A stretch of DNA of 55,311 nucleotides, the filler included, from Trypethelium eluteriae (taxonomy: Eukaryota): NCBI GenBank assembly GCA_051942245.1. It is 3 parts of 3 records of this genome, joined end to end, with 100 filler letters (N's around TTAATTAATTAA, not from the genome) between each part and the next. Parts side by side here need not be neighbours in the genome. Positions count along the whole stretch, not along the records: positions 18,487 to 36,866 come from JAVECL010000569.1; 2 more parts are not named here. One strand, given 5' to 3'. The position numbers and the translations under genes are program-made. The notes below the pieces were generated by a model that worked only from the letters and a program-made list of their open reading frames with translations, had not been told where the DNA came from and ran no database searches. Shown here piece by piece: positions 24,793-36,966 of the stretch (its first letter is position 1; every line of letters starts with the position of its first letter).

Positions 24793-25272
24793 GAAAAGTA
24801 AGTCTGGCTGCTTGGGAATCTGGTGGTGCGCGAGGGCAATCCGAATAAGAAATTTTGCGGGATGGGCACAGTTGTGCGGATGATTGCCGCCAGCCATCGT
24901 GGCGCCCACGGTCGAGACCCGTGGGAATCTATCTTTCCAATGGAGACACTGGCAATGAAGATGGAATGGCGAGTTCTGTATATAATAGTTTAAGCGCCAT
25001 TGCCCCTGTGCGACGCTACCTTTTTCCATGTCAGGTTCCTTGCGCATCGTAGTGATCGATAGATCTACTCGATATCAGTCACGGCCGGTTTACCGGACCA
25101 TCTGTTGAAATCAAATGAAAATTTCTGCTTTCAAGCGAGACACGATAATGGAGCTGCAAGACTCCGTAAATGTCTTTTTAGAAGAAAGAGGTTGTAGTCG
25201 CTGCAACGTTGACCTCCTTGGTGTCCATTCAGGTGAGCAAGAGGCATGGGATATCCAGCGCTTCGCCCCTCG

Positions 25273-26027
25273 TTACGAGTGTGTTGGGGCATTGGGTGGC
25301 GGCAAATCGATTCTGTAGTTCTCCTTGATTCTCTGACGCCTTCTCTCCTCGTACCCCGGCCCGTGTATACCTCTTCCCTCACCGAGGTTGGCGAGTGTTT
25401 CCTCAATTGGCCTCCGACGATTTTTCCTGAGAAATTCTTTTCTGGCGACCTCATCCACATCCGGATCCTTCCTATATCCGCTCAGCGAGCCCCCTGTGTA
25501 GTCATAAACGCCTGCAATGACAGCCAACGCTGCTCCGTATCCTAAAAAGGCGGGTAATGTGCCCTCTAGTCTTTAATCAGCCTAACTCAGACTCTGATCG
25601 TGGACCATTTTATTCGTACTTTTAAGCCCAACCATTGAACCAGAGAAGAAAGCTCCTAGAGTAGTGTTCCAATGATCATCCTTTTCTCGTAGGTTGGCGG
25701 ATGCACATTTGACAAACTCGTACGATGCTCCCATCGCAGCTATTTTGTATCAGCGTACGCCGTTGGAAGACCCAGAGCACTCATCGTACCGAAGACTGCT
25801 ATAGTGCCGCCGTAGCGTGTGAATATGCCCATAGCGCCGACATTCTGCTTCGTAAGAGTGTTTTGTATGGCTGAGGCGGTGGTACCAGCCAAGGTGGTGA
25901 CGGCTGTCGTCTACTCTTGAGAGTTAGCAAGCAACGAGTACCAAGGCGAGGCGCGCACTTTGGCTGTGGAGCTGATGGCATCCCTTGGGTGGTAAACCAC
26001 CTCATCGGGGTCTGGTCCAAGCGACAT
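25273..26027 (-). CDS. NDUFA11: NADH:ubiquinone oxidoreductase 21.3 kDa subunit (NDUFA11/B14.7, Tim17-like fold)
   Basis: Exons 26027-25959, 25910-25790, 25739-25620, 25565-25273. YHPRDAI, IQNTLTKQNVG, SANLREKDDHWN, DYTGG and LGEGRGIxGPGYEERR. Confidence 0.9.
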
Positions 26028-26412
26028 TCTGGAGCAATTGAGACTGTGAGTAAGGGGAGATTCTAGGTTAAGCTAGGTATAAAGGACCGCGGAGGTGGTG
26101 AAGCGGCTCACGAAGCTTGCGGCCCGCGCACCGATAGCTTGCATCAGGCAGCGTAGCTTCCCAAACGGTTTATGAAAAACATGGAATGATTATATGTCAG
26201 CGCCACCCTACACCTTGAGACACACTACATTTATTTACACTAGGATGAATCGGAAACTATCATAGAAGAGATCAAGAAATTCATGCTGCTTCAAGCTTCC
26301 CGCAGCAGCCCTTCATTCGAGACGAGCTGCCATCTGGAGATACTTATGACGCCGCACCCATCAGGAAGCTCATACTTGGGAAACGTTGGCTTAGTCCAAC
26401 GAGCTTCCGGTG

Positions 26413-29400
26413 ATGTTGTCGCAGCCTGCTCGCGCTGGTAAACACCTATCGCCTTTGCCCCTCTCTATGAAGTGCTAAACGTAATCATGCAACCAGGAAA
26501 GACCGCACCGCGACTCCTAGAAGATCTACTCAGCTACGACCCGCGGACGGCTTCGACGGGCAAGAATCTTCTCGCCGATCCTGCTCCAATATACGATGAA
26601 AAGGCATATGTGCCTCGACTGCCCAAGAATAGCTGTCGCCATCAATACATACTTAATGATCTGCAGAGCGAAACACCTTTCCTGGATGATCGATCTGGAC
26701 AGGATAGCAAAAGACGAGTTACCTCAATCTGCCAGAACTGTCGTTGCCACCTTACCGTGACACTCGACTTTGGGGGAAGCGCTTGGAAGACAGCGCCATG
26801 CCCTACCGCCGAGCGTCCGTTACATTTCTTCGTTCTACAATCACGACGGGAGCCGCCAGATCCATGGCTATCGGAAGATGTTAGTGTCACAGGTCGAGAA
26901 CAAGAATACTGGTTCCGATGCACGGCCCGACGCTGCGCAGCAACACTAACAGTCAAAGTTTCTCCCCCTAGATTGACTTCGGAACAGATAAATTTACTTA
27001 CTGACTCTCACCGTGTACGGATGAGATACAATGCTGCCGCCGCTGCCGACTCCACCAGAAACTTTGAGGAAGCGAACGGCGCACTGGTCTTATACAGGCT
27101 GCGGACATACTTACGGGATAGCCTCGATCCCAAGTCAACAAGATCCGAGTTTCCAAAGAAGAACAAAGTGTTCCTGGTGTCTTTCGGCAGGGACTGCGAT
27201 GATTTATTACGCTCTTTGGGCTTCGCTGATGAGACCGATCTTGAGGGGGAACCTATTTGGTGCCTACCAAGGCCTCCGCCAAAGGTTGATAAATTTGACC
27301 AATCTAGCCACCGAGCTTTTCTCGAAGATGTCATGGAAGAGCTTGGCATTTTGACACTCAACAGGCCTGCCTCTGAGAGGTCACTAATCAAGAATTTCAA
27401 TTATCAGCCTATTCCATCTAGGAAAGACCTTGAACGGGTTCTGGGCATGCTGGACTGTAAGTCGACAAAACTCGTGATCTTCGATTGATACCAACTACAA
27501 ATCTGCAGATGAAAAAAGCTCAAGCTCTAGGAGATACGATCCTGGTACACCAGAGCATCCGTAAGTTTCTGCTACTTTTCGATACTTGGCTTTGGGTTTC
27601 ACTTGAACTCTAGCTATAGCTACACCGTCGACGTTAGTCGTGCGATTAGCAGAATAGTATATTCACGCCGTTTCTAGTGAACAGGCATGATTCGTCCATC
27701 GTTCCCATCTGCGTCGGTCGTGTCACGCTGTGCTTGTTCAATCTAAGTCCTGTTCATTATCAACGGCTCGCGTTCTCGGACTCAACTTTTCCATCGTCAC
27801 TAACATCTCTGTAGCTACTACGCGTCATTAGGTGCGGTTGCAGACTTCTCGGACAATCTTCTACTATATTCGTACGACCGCCAAGTTGAAAGCGACGGAC
27901 AGAATAGCCCCTATTACTTCGAGTGCCTACAAGATCTGGCAACAGGAAGAAACAGCGAGACCTTGCAGACTAAAGTTGCCACGCTTGCTTCGCAGGATCA
28001 AATCAGTCGAAAGGATGTTGCGAAGGCGTACAAATATTTCGGCATCGATGAGAATCACCTCGAAATCGTCTCCGATGATCATATCCTCGGGCTTTTTCAG
28101 TCCCGCATACCAGACATAGGCCCCGCGCAAGAGACTGAGATGCGAGATATGCTCCGTACGCTTGCGCGAGCGCGGAATAGTGCGCTTTTATCTAATGCGG
28201 CTTCAGACAGTGAGATAGAATCCCTCCTCTTCGGGAAATATTGTTTTTTGACTGTTTCTGTGCTCCAGCGATCGAAACGTACGGCCAAGCGCTTTCATGG
28301 CTTGGCGCAGAAGTAACTACACCCGACGACTTTATACTCACATTGTTCAAGATGAAGGTACGTTGACTGCGTGGGTATCTAATTCGTTTGAGTTTCGTAT
28401 CAGGTAACCGCCTGAAGCGTAACACAAGCGCGTCTGTGATTTGCATTCGTTACCTAGCTCACTTCTCGCCCCTCCCTCCACATCTCACCTTGAAATTGTC
28501 AAATGAAAACCTGGCAGTTATCGAGGATCATAGCTACGATGACTAACCAGATTTGCAGGTAGATGAAAGCCCCTCCCATCGTGAAACGGCGCAAAAAGCT
28601 GTGCAACTAGTCGCAGACACACGAAAGAGCGAGGGACTTCAGACTTTTCTGATGACTGGTGAGATCGGCGAATCCGAACTGGAACCCGCAGAAGCGTACC
28701 GGATCCTAGACATTCCTGATCGCACGATCGATGACGATTTCATCATTAGCATCTATGAGTTAAGGCTGGAAGAGGCGCCCATACGAGAGAAAGAGTTCGC
28801 CCGCGCACTAAAATCCATCGCCAAGGAAAAAGGTAGTCGACGACTCGCGGGTATAGTTGGACTTGACCAGAGTTCTATCAAGTCTCCTGTCGGACCTCCG
28901 CTCCAAGAATGGCCTGTAGGTCTTCCTAACCTCGCAAACACTTGTTATTTGAACAGTGTCGTCCAACTGCTGTTCTCCTTGAAACCTTTTCGCGACCTAG
29001 TCCTCAACTTCGAGCGCTACAAGATGGATATGACACCACAGAACATGCCCGAGAAACGAGTCGGTGGAGCCATCCGCACCGTCAAGGAGGTGGAACTTTC
29101 GCAGCAATGTAGGTTACAATCCAATTCGAATTTTCAACATTGACTAAACTTATCCCAGTCGTCTCCGCGCTGGGCAAAGTATTTAATGACATGATCTATG
29201 CGGACACTCGAATAGCAAAGTACGATACAGAATTTGCCCGCCTTACCCTTGCCAGCCTTTCCAAGGATCTTCTTAGTCGTCGACGGTCCACAGTCAGCGC
29301 AAATCGCCCAAGCATTATGCAGGATGTTCAGAGTGAGCAACGATTACAGACTCTACCTGAAAGCGACAGCACTCGAATTGAACAAACGTCGTCAGATCAG

Positions 29401-30945
29401 CCTTCAGGCAGTCGCGCCTCAAGTCAAGAGACGCTAGTGGAAATCTCACTCACAGAGTCTTCAAACCGAGATGGGTCGAAAGATATCCACATGACAGACA
29501 TTGATACCTCACAGACCGACCGATCGAAGGTCAAAGACACAACAAACGATCAGACTATGGGCGGTCAGTCCACCGTCACAGATATGTTGGATGGGGAAGG
29601 CAGTAACGAGCATATCGAACATGCAAGCACCGAAAGCGCAGTGAATGGTGATGATGCGATGGCGATCGAACCTTCTACAACTTCGGGGCATGACAGCAAG
29701 AGTTCTTTGACGACTAATGGTACCACAAATACAGCTAATCCTCCTCCTACCCGTGCAGCTCCGAAACCCGAGCTTCCGCCACGACCGAATGAAAACGGTC
29801 AGAAAAATTCTCAGATTTCTGCGGTAGAAGATACGGCCAAACAGCAAGATGCTGCAGAGGTCACAGATAACATTGTCTCAAAGTTACGGACAGCAATCAA
29901 GCCAACAGGATTTGATTCTCGTGGCGAGCAAATGGATCAGATACGAGAGTGAGTGAATGCTTAAAGTCGTAGACTCATGACACACTAATATGAATACAGG
30001 CTCCTCTTTGGGACGCAAAAAGATGTGATTGTCAGAGCAGATGGTAAGGAGGACACAATCACTTCTATTTTTGACAATATTCGTTTACATCTACCCACTT
30101 CACTACACATCTACGATGCACTTGACGATGTATTTGACATCCAAGATAAGGAATTGGATGGCGGAATAGTTCAAGGGCATACCGCTATTGAATCTCGACC
30201 TCCTGTTCTAGGAATGCAGGTCGAGCGAGGCGGTTGGGACGACACAAAGAAACAATCATACAAGATTGAGAATCATCTTCAGCTTGAGGACATCATCTAT
30301 CTCGATCGTTATATGGATTCTGACGATCCTCAACTAAATCGAATGAAGCAACAAAAGTGGCAGTGGAGGAAAGAGAGGGCGGCATTGCAAGCCGAAAGGG
30401 CTATATTAGTCGGACCACATAAGGGCATGGACGCACCGACAACTATTGGTGAAGCTGCACGGTTCATTACCTCTTTGGAAGGTGTGGCTAAAAATGAAAA
30501 TTCCGGGGCTCCTTCGATAGATGATGATCTTGCTCCTTCGCTCCAACGGAAAGCTGCGGAACTTGAACATCTTCTTGCGCAGACAACCCAAAATCTCGAA
30601 AAATTATCACGCAAGATGAATTCACAGTTTTCAAAATATCAATCAGCACCATATCGGCTATATGCACTTTGCATGCATCGCGGCAATCCTGGGTTCGGCC
30701 ATTACTGGGTTTATATCCATGACTTTGCCAACGGCATCTGGCGCAAGTATAATGATGAGAGAGTCGAGAAAGTCAACGATCCAGGGGTAGAGATCTTTCA
30801 GCCTTCGAAGGAAAGCTCGCCGATACCAACACCGCACTATGTGATTTACATCCGAGATGACATCAAAGAACTGGTCGTTGAGCCTGTGTGCCGGGATCCG
30901 ACTCAAACGCGGCGACGCGGAGAGGTTGAGATGAAGGATGCCTAG
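26413..30945 (+). CDS. UBP2: Ubiquitin carboxyl-terminal hydrolase Ubp2 (USP family)
   Basis: Eight exons: 26413-26437, 26497-27456, 27509-27560, 27815-28209, 28269-28357, 28559-29108, 29159-29948, 30000-30945. N-terminal GKTAPRL, Cys box GLPNLANTCYLNS, QQDAAE, His box HRG..FGHYWVYI..WRKYNDE. Confidence 0.92.
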
Positions 30946-31683
30946 ACCGATGGGTTTATTCAGTCATAGAGAGACTTACTGCATTACCAGTCCAGTGATA
31001 CCTTATTGAACGCGTGGATTTTGAGCGTTTGGAGGCTAGAAAGCTGAGGAGTTTTCAAAGCATGGCATGGGAGTCTGGTGGAGCACATCGGCTCAGACTA
31101 GTCACGACTTTTGAGCCTGGAGGAGCATGGACTGCGAACTCTACATAGCCAGCGGCAATGTGTACAAAGAAGTTTCATGTTGGGACCTTTACGTCTATCT
31201 TTGCCATATCCTTCCAGTAGTTTTGCATGGTACCGAAGTGCGTAAGACACAAGTACGGTCAACCGCGAGTTCTCTGCGAGTCCTGGATGCTGCTGAGCAT
31301 AGACAATTGTCTGGAGCGATAATCAATATGAATAACAAAGGCTGCTAAGGGTTGGATTTGAAACATCACTAGTAGCGTTTTAATTGGTGAAGGGTGTCAC
31401 TGTGCTGAACCCTACCATAGCGGAGCTGCGGGAGTTCGAAGAGTGGCGGCGGCGTTCGCGAGAACCAAGGATCCCTCCCTTCGGTCTTGGCGCAGACCAG
31501 AATAGCATTTTGACAACACAGCTACAGTACTATTCGCGATTCACACCACTCATACAAGTCTGCACAGCTTCCCATCGAGCTTTACCTGAAGGCAGATCTT
31601 CCGGAACATCCCAATGCCACATCTGTCTTCAAGATAGACTTCAAGAAGGTGCCCGACAATCGTCGCGGCCGGTGAAGCCCAAC

Positions 31684-34600
31684 ATGGCCACGATGTTTCG
31701 CTTTCGTAGATACCGGGCCTTTTTGATGTTTACTGTGATATCTTTTCTGGCTATATGGCAATTGATAAAGTATAGAAATCTCGATACCAGCTCACTGGGA
31801 ACGTCGCTCGGCATACAAAACCCACTACCTCCATCTGTCAACAATGCGCCTGGTGCACCACCTGTGAAACCTATTGAGCCCGCTAAAGAAGGGAAACCGC
31901 TAGATGTCAACCTCGCGGGTGCAAACAGAGATCCGAAAGCGCAACTTCCAAAGCTACCTGCGGTCCCAGAAGCTAAGAGACCTACTCAGGATCTGAAGGA
32001 GGGGGAAGTGGAAGAGAAGCCAAACTCTTCTCCATCTAAGGAGGAGGCAGGCTCATTCAAGGATACATCACCAAAGGAGGAGAAGAAAGTGCCGCCCAAA
32101 GCTGCGTCACCAAAGAGGCCAGCTGATACAAGCGGAGATACAGTTCTGGCTATTCCAGCAGCACAAGATGAGGTGCCTCTTAAGCCGGTAGCTGCTGGAG
32201 GCCAAGGAAGATTGGAAGTTGACCCTTGGCCGTCTGATGCTCCAAAAGTCTATTGGACGAAGCAAAAGGAACATTTCCCAGTAACTACGACCATTCAACT
32301 CCCAACAGGTGCACCGAAAGCGGTCCCTACCGTTCAATTCGCATTCAAGACTGAGAAAGAGAAGGCCAAGGAAGAACGTGAGAAGAAGCGCGACATTATC
32401 AAAAAGTCTTTTCTGAAGTCATGGAATAGCTACAAAGAGTATGCTTGGATGCATGATGAGCTTTCGCCTGTCAGTGGAGATTATCGGGATCCATTTGCTG
32501 GCTGGGGCGCGACACTGGTCGATACGTTGGACACATTGTGGATGATGGGCTTAAAAGAAGAGTTTGAGGATGGCGTCAAGGCCGTAGCAAAGATCGACTT
32601 TACCACAAGCCCCAGGAAAGATATTCCATTATTCGAGACGGTGATTAGATATCTAGGAGGCCTAATTGCAGCATACGACATCAGCGGAGCCAAGTACGGG
32701 ACATTGCTCGACAAGTCCGTCGAGCTGGCAGATATACTGATGGGAGCCTTTGACACACCCAACCGCATGCCCCTGACATTCTACCACTGGATGCCTTCTT
32801 TTGCTTCGCAGCCACATCGGGCCGACACCAAAGCAACTCTCGCTGAACTTGGGTCGTTGTCTATCGAGTTCACCAGGTTAGCTCAATTAACCAAGGAATC
32901 CAAGTATTATGATGCTGTCGCGCGGATCACAGATGCGCTCGAGAAATGGCAGCCAGATACTCGACTCCCTGGGCTCTGGCCATCCGACGTTGACGCATCG
33001 GGGTGCAAGAAGCCCAAATCAAAATCCGCCATCAATAGCAAGAAACCCAAAGGGGGCAAGATCGATACAAAGCTTATCTCAGAAGACTCTCTCGTGGGTG
33101 GCTCGGAGAAGGCGACCAATTTGAAAGAATATGATGAAGACAAGGTCATCAAGACATTCAATGAAGCCCTTAAGAATCCTGAGGCCTTCAAGGATACGAA
33201 GAAAACCGAGAAACCCCAAGAAATGGTCCAAATGGAGAAACCGAAAGCCCTTGTGTTTGATCCCGACGCTGAATCTGGTACAGAACCCGCCAAAGGTGGA
33301 TCAAATGGACTAGTTCCTGGAAAAGCGAAGATAAAGGGCTGGGATGACCCTATTGATGAGACGAAAAAGGAAGATTCAGGATCAGGAAAGGCAAAGGTCA
33401 CAATAGACGATCCCCTCGGTGAAGATAAGATGAAGGAGATGGGAAAGTCATTGGCCGGCCAGATCCAGAAGAGAGCGGCTATCGAACCTCAAAAGTCAAA
33501 GGAAGACGAGAAGTCAACGAAAGAGGAGGACAAGGCCGCATCGGCCGATGAGAAGACATCAGAAGAGACAGAGAAGCAGAACGAGGAAGGAAAACTCAAG
33601 AAAGCGGATGGAAAATTCAAAGTAGAGACTGAGAAGCCAAAGAAGACGGACGAAAAATCCGAGAAAGAGGATGAAGCCGCGAAAAAGGTTGATAGATTCT
33701 TGTCTCCAGAGAGACTCATGGCCATGGAAAAGGAAGCCAGAAGTAGTGAAGATGAGAAGGAAGAACAAGAAGACCGTGGTCTCAATTCGTACGACGCAGA
33801 TGATTTATGCACGCCTCAAGGTTTGGCGCCAGCGCCCGATTCAAGATGTGACGAGTACACATTAGGAGGTCGGGCAGACTCCGTCTACGAGTACCTACCC
33901 AAACAATGGCTACTTCTCGGCGGCCTGAAGGATCAGTACAAGAAAATGTACGATATGGCCATCGATGCCATCAACAAACACCTTGTTTTCCGGCCGATGA
34001 TCAGGGATGAAAAACGAGATCTCCGCATCGCAGGCTCCTACACTACATGTGACGCTGTTGGAGGTGGCCTGAAACCTGATTCTCAACATTTGACTTGTTT
34101 TGCAGGCGCCATGTTGGGTCTTGGTTCAAGAATCTATCCCGACTCCCGAAAAGCAGACCTCGATCTCGCACGAAAGATCACGGACGGATGCGTTTGGGCA
34201 TACGAGGTCACGACGACGGGCATCATGCCAGAGGCATTCTTGGCACTACCTTGCGATGATATGAAATCATGTAAATGGAACGAGAGTCACTGGCACCATA
34301 TGATCGATCCACATCCCGAATGGCGAGAGCAGGCTGCGAGCAGGCTAGAACTGCCCTTTGATGCGAAACATCTCCCATCTGACGCACATGTGGATAGCAA
34401 AGTGGGAGGCAAGGTCGATGTGGGACGGACTAAGGCGGCACTAGACGCCCCGCAATTAGCAAGAGAGGCTGAGGAAGGCGGGCGGTTGCACCAAAAACGA
34501 CAGCTCGGTGAGAACCTTGACGAGTACAGAAAGAGCTTGGGCATTGATCGGGTAGATAACAACGTCAAGATGCCAGCACCTCTCGACCATGAAGAATACG

Positions 34601-35059
34601 CGAGGATGAGGATCGAGGATGAGCGACTGCCACCAGGAATGAGCAGCATCCCATCGAAGAAATACATCCTCCGACCAGAAGCCATCGAATCAGTGTTCTA
34701 CATGTACCGACTTACGGGCGAGGAGTATTGGAGGGAGAAGGGATGGAAAATGTTCACGGCTATCCAAGCGTATACTTCGACTGAGCTAGGGAACTCGGCC
34801 ATCGATGATGTGACGAAGCGTGTGCCAAAGCCACGGGATGAGATGGAGTCGTTCTGGCTGGCGGAGACGCTGAAATATTTCTATCTCTTGTTCAGCGAGC
34901 CATCTCTCGTGAATCTGGACGAATGGGTTTTGTAAGTGTTCCTAAGAAGTACCTGTAAAGGCTGTAGATTGCTGCTAACCTGCCGTCAGAAATACTGAAG
35001 CTCACCCTTTCCGGCGACCGCAGCCACCCAAACAAGATAAGAAAGAGGAGGCTCATTAA
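31684..35059 (+). CDS. GH47 class I alpha-1,2-mannosidase, type II membrane protein
   Basis: N-terminal anchor MATMFRFRRYRAFLMF... Motifs HDELSP, LFETVIRYLGGL, ADSVYEYL, HLTCFAG, RPEAIES, ESFWLAETLKY. Intron 34932-34989 then LNTEAHPF to TAA 35059. Confidence 0.93.
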
Positions 35060-35410
35060 TGCAGGGCGTCTTGATAGTTTCGGTGTTTGGGATATACCAT
35101 TATGTACATCAGTTGGTTAGCATTTGCACGGCGTTTGCAGAAATGTTCCCAAGAGCTCCAGAGCAAATGTGTACAATCCAGGACATGTAGCATAGATCTA
35201 ATATTTTGCAATGAAGAGCATTTATCCGCACATGAGACGAATGAGAGTCCTAATATTCCGTGACTTTGTACAGTGGAGGCAAAGGAGCGAGAGCCTGACG
35301 CGACCCCACCGCGCCCACGCCCACACCTACGTTCACCCATTCACACCACCCAACCAGAATGCCTACGTTATCGTGATGCTGTTGCTGGCCGCTCCCACGC
35401 CGGCTCCAGC

Positions 35411-36866
35411 ATGGAGTTTGAGGTCTCCTACGAACTGGAAAATGCCGAACAGTTCTGGGATGGTACGTGCAATTGCGCTGCTTCCAAGCGCACGCTATAA
35501 AGCCTACATTGTTGCGCGCCGCTAATCTTGACCCCTCTAGAGCTTGACGACATTGTCGCTACGCCCTGCGATTCGGAGCAGCAGATTGACGATTCCTTGA
35601 GGTCATGGCTAAGATTCTCTACTAGCTACAAAGGTACGGAACATAATCCGCAGCAGGAAGCATTGGTGGCTGACCTACACAGATGAATACCTCCAGTCTG
35701 AATATGACATTGCCCGATGCTCCCTCAAGCTCACACAGTCCGTCCTGTTTACCGCGAACACAGACTATGTGCGACGGCAATTCATCTACTGCCTCTTGCA
35801 AGTACGCACCCCATCGAAAAAGCCACTATATGGGTATCGTTAATAAGACAATTTCAGGAAGATGACGCTCCTACATTACATCTCATTACCACCTTCCTCA
35901 TCTTCGATGGACGGGCTAACGACCCAACATTTGAGATGATGAAGGATGAGGGTGCATTCCCACGGCTAGTGGAATTAATACAGAGTAGATCAGACGATGA
36001 CACCGGCTTGCATCGTCTACTAATAGAACTCCTATACGAGATGTCCAGGATACAACAGCTTGGATGGGAAGACTTAAGTAGGTCATGCTGCATCGAAATT
36101 CTCCAGTCAGCCCACTGATCCCAATTTCTCTAGTGACTGTTGACGATGCTTTCGTTCTTTACCTTTTCCGCATTATCGAAGGCGTTTCTAACGACATTGA
36201 CGATCCATACCATTACCCCGTAATACGTGTACTTGTAAGCATTCTACCTCAATCGCGGAAGGAAAATCCTGCTGAAAGTATACAGCTAGTTCTCAATGAA
36301 CAATACATGGTCGCTCTTACACCAAACTCGCCTCGCAGCAGGCCAATGACCAACCGTGTTATCAAAATTTTGTCTTCGTATGGCACTTCGTACAAAACAT
36401 TTGGAGAAAACTTAATATTACTTCTTAATCGCGAATCTGAAACGTCCCTACAGCTCCTCATCCTTAAGCTCCTCTACCTTCTATTCACCACGCCCTCGAC
36501 TCAGGAATATTTCTACACCAATGACCTCCACGTCCTCGTCGACGTCATGATCCGCAACCTCCTCGACCTCCCCGACGAATCTTTCGCCCTCCGCCACACG
36601 TACCTCCGCGTCCTGCACCCGCTCCTTGCCCACACCCAGCTGCGCCATCCACCTCACTACAAGCGTCACGAGCTCCAGCGACTATTCCACGGTCTCGGCG
36701 GCACAGAAGACCAAATCCACTTCGCCCCCATCGACGCCACCACCATCCGCCTCGTCGGCCGCTGCATCCAGATCCCCTGGCTAAAACCCTCGGACACCTC
36801 CCCGATCATGCACAAGTCCAACCCCTCATCCACCATCGACACCCCCATCGACCCTTCCCCCACATT
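35411..36866 (+). CDS. LDB17: Ldb17/Dip1/SPIN90-family Arp2/3 activator, 3'-truncated at gap
   Basis: Five GT-AG introns (35463-35540, 35634-35682, 35802-35857, 36078-36133, 36235-36285). Conserved [46 protein letters not shown]. Confidence 0.88.
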
Positions 36867-36966
36867 NNNNNNNNNNNNNNNNNNNNNNNNNNNNNNNNNN
36901 NNNNNNNNNNTTAATTAATTAANNNNNNNNNNNNNNNNNNNNNNNNNNNNNNNNNNNNNNNNNNNN
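36867..36966. other. Artificial contig-joining spacer (N44-TTAATTAATTAA-N44)
   Basis: Identical to the spacer at 18387. Confidence 0.97.

Noticed and set aside
24805..25100. Resemblance to fungal RNase P RNA (TGGGAATCTGGTGG; hairpin followed by GTGGGAA)
   Set aside because: Only loose similarity; no convincing CR-IV/CR-V, and the 5' domain would overlap the NDUFA13 coding exon. A covariance-model search would settle it.
31384..31683. 100-aa N-terminal extension of GH47 in the ORF track
   Set aside because: Starts at TTG; the ATG at 31684 directly precedes the membrane anchor.
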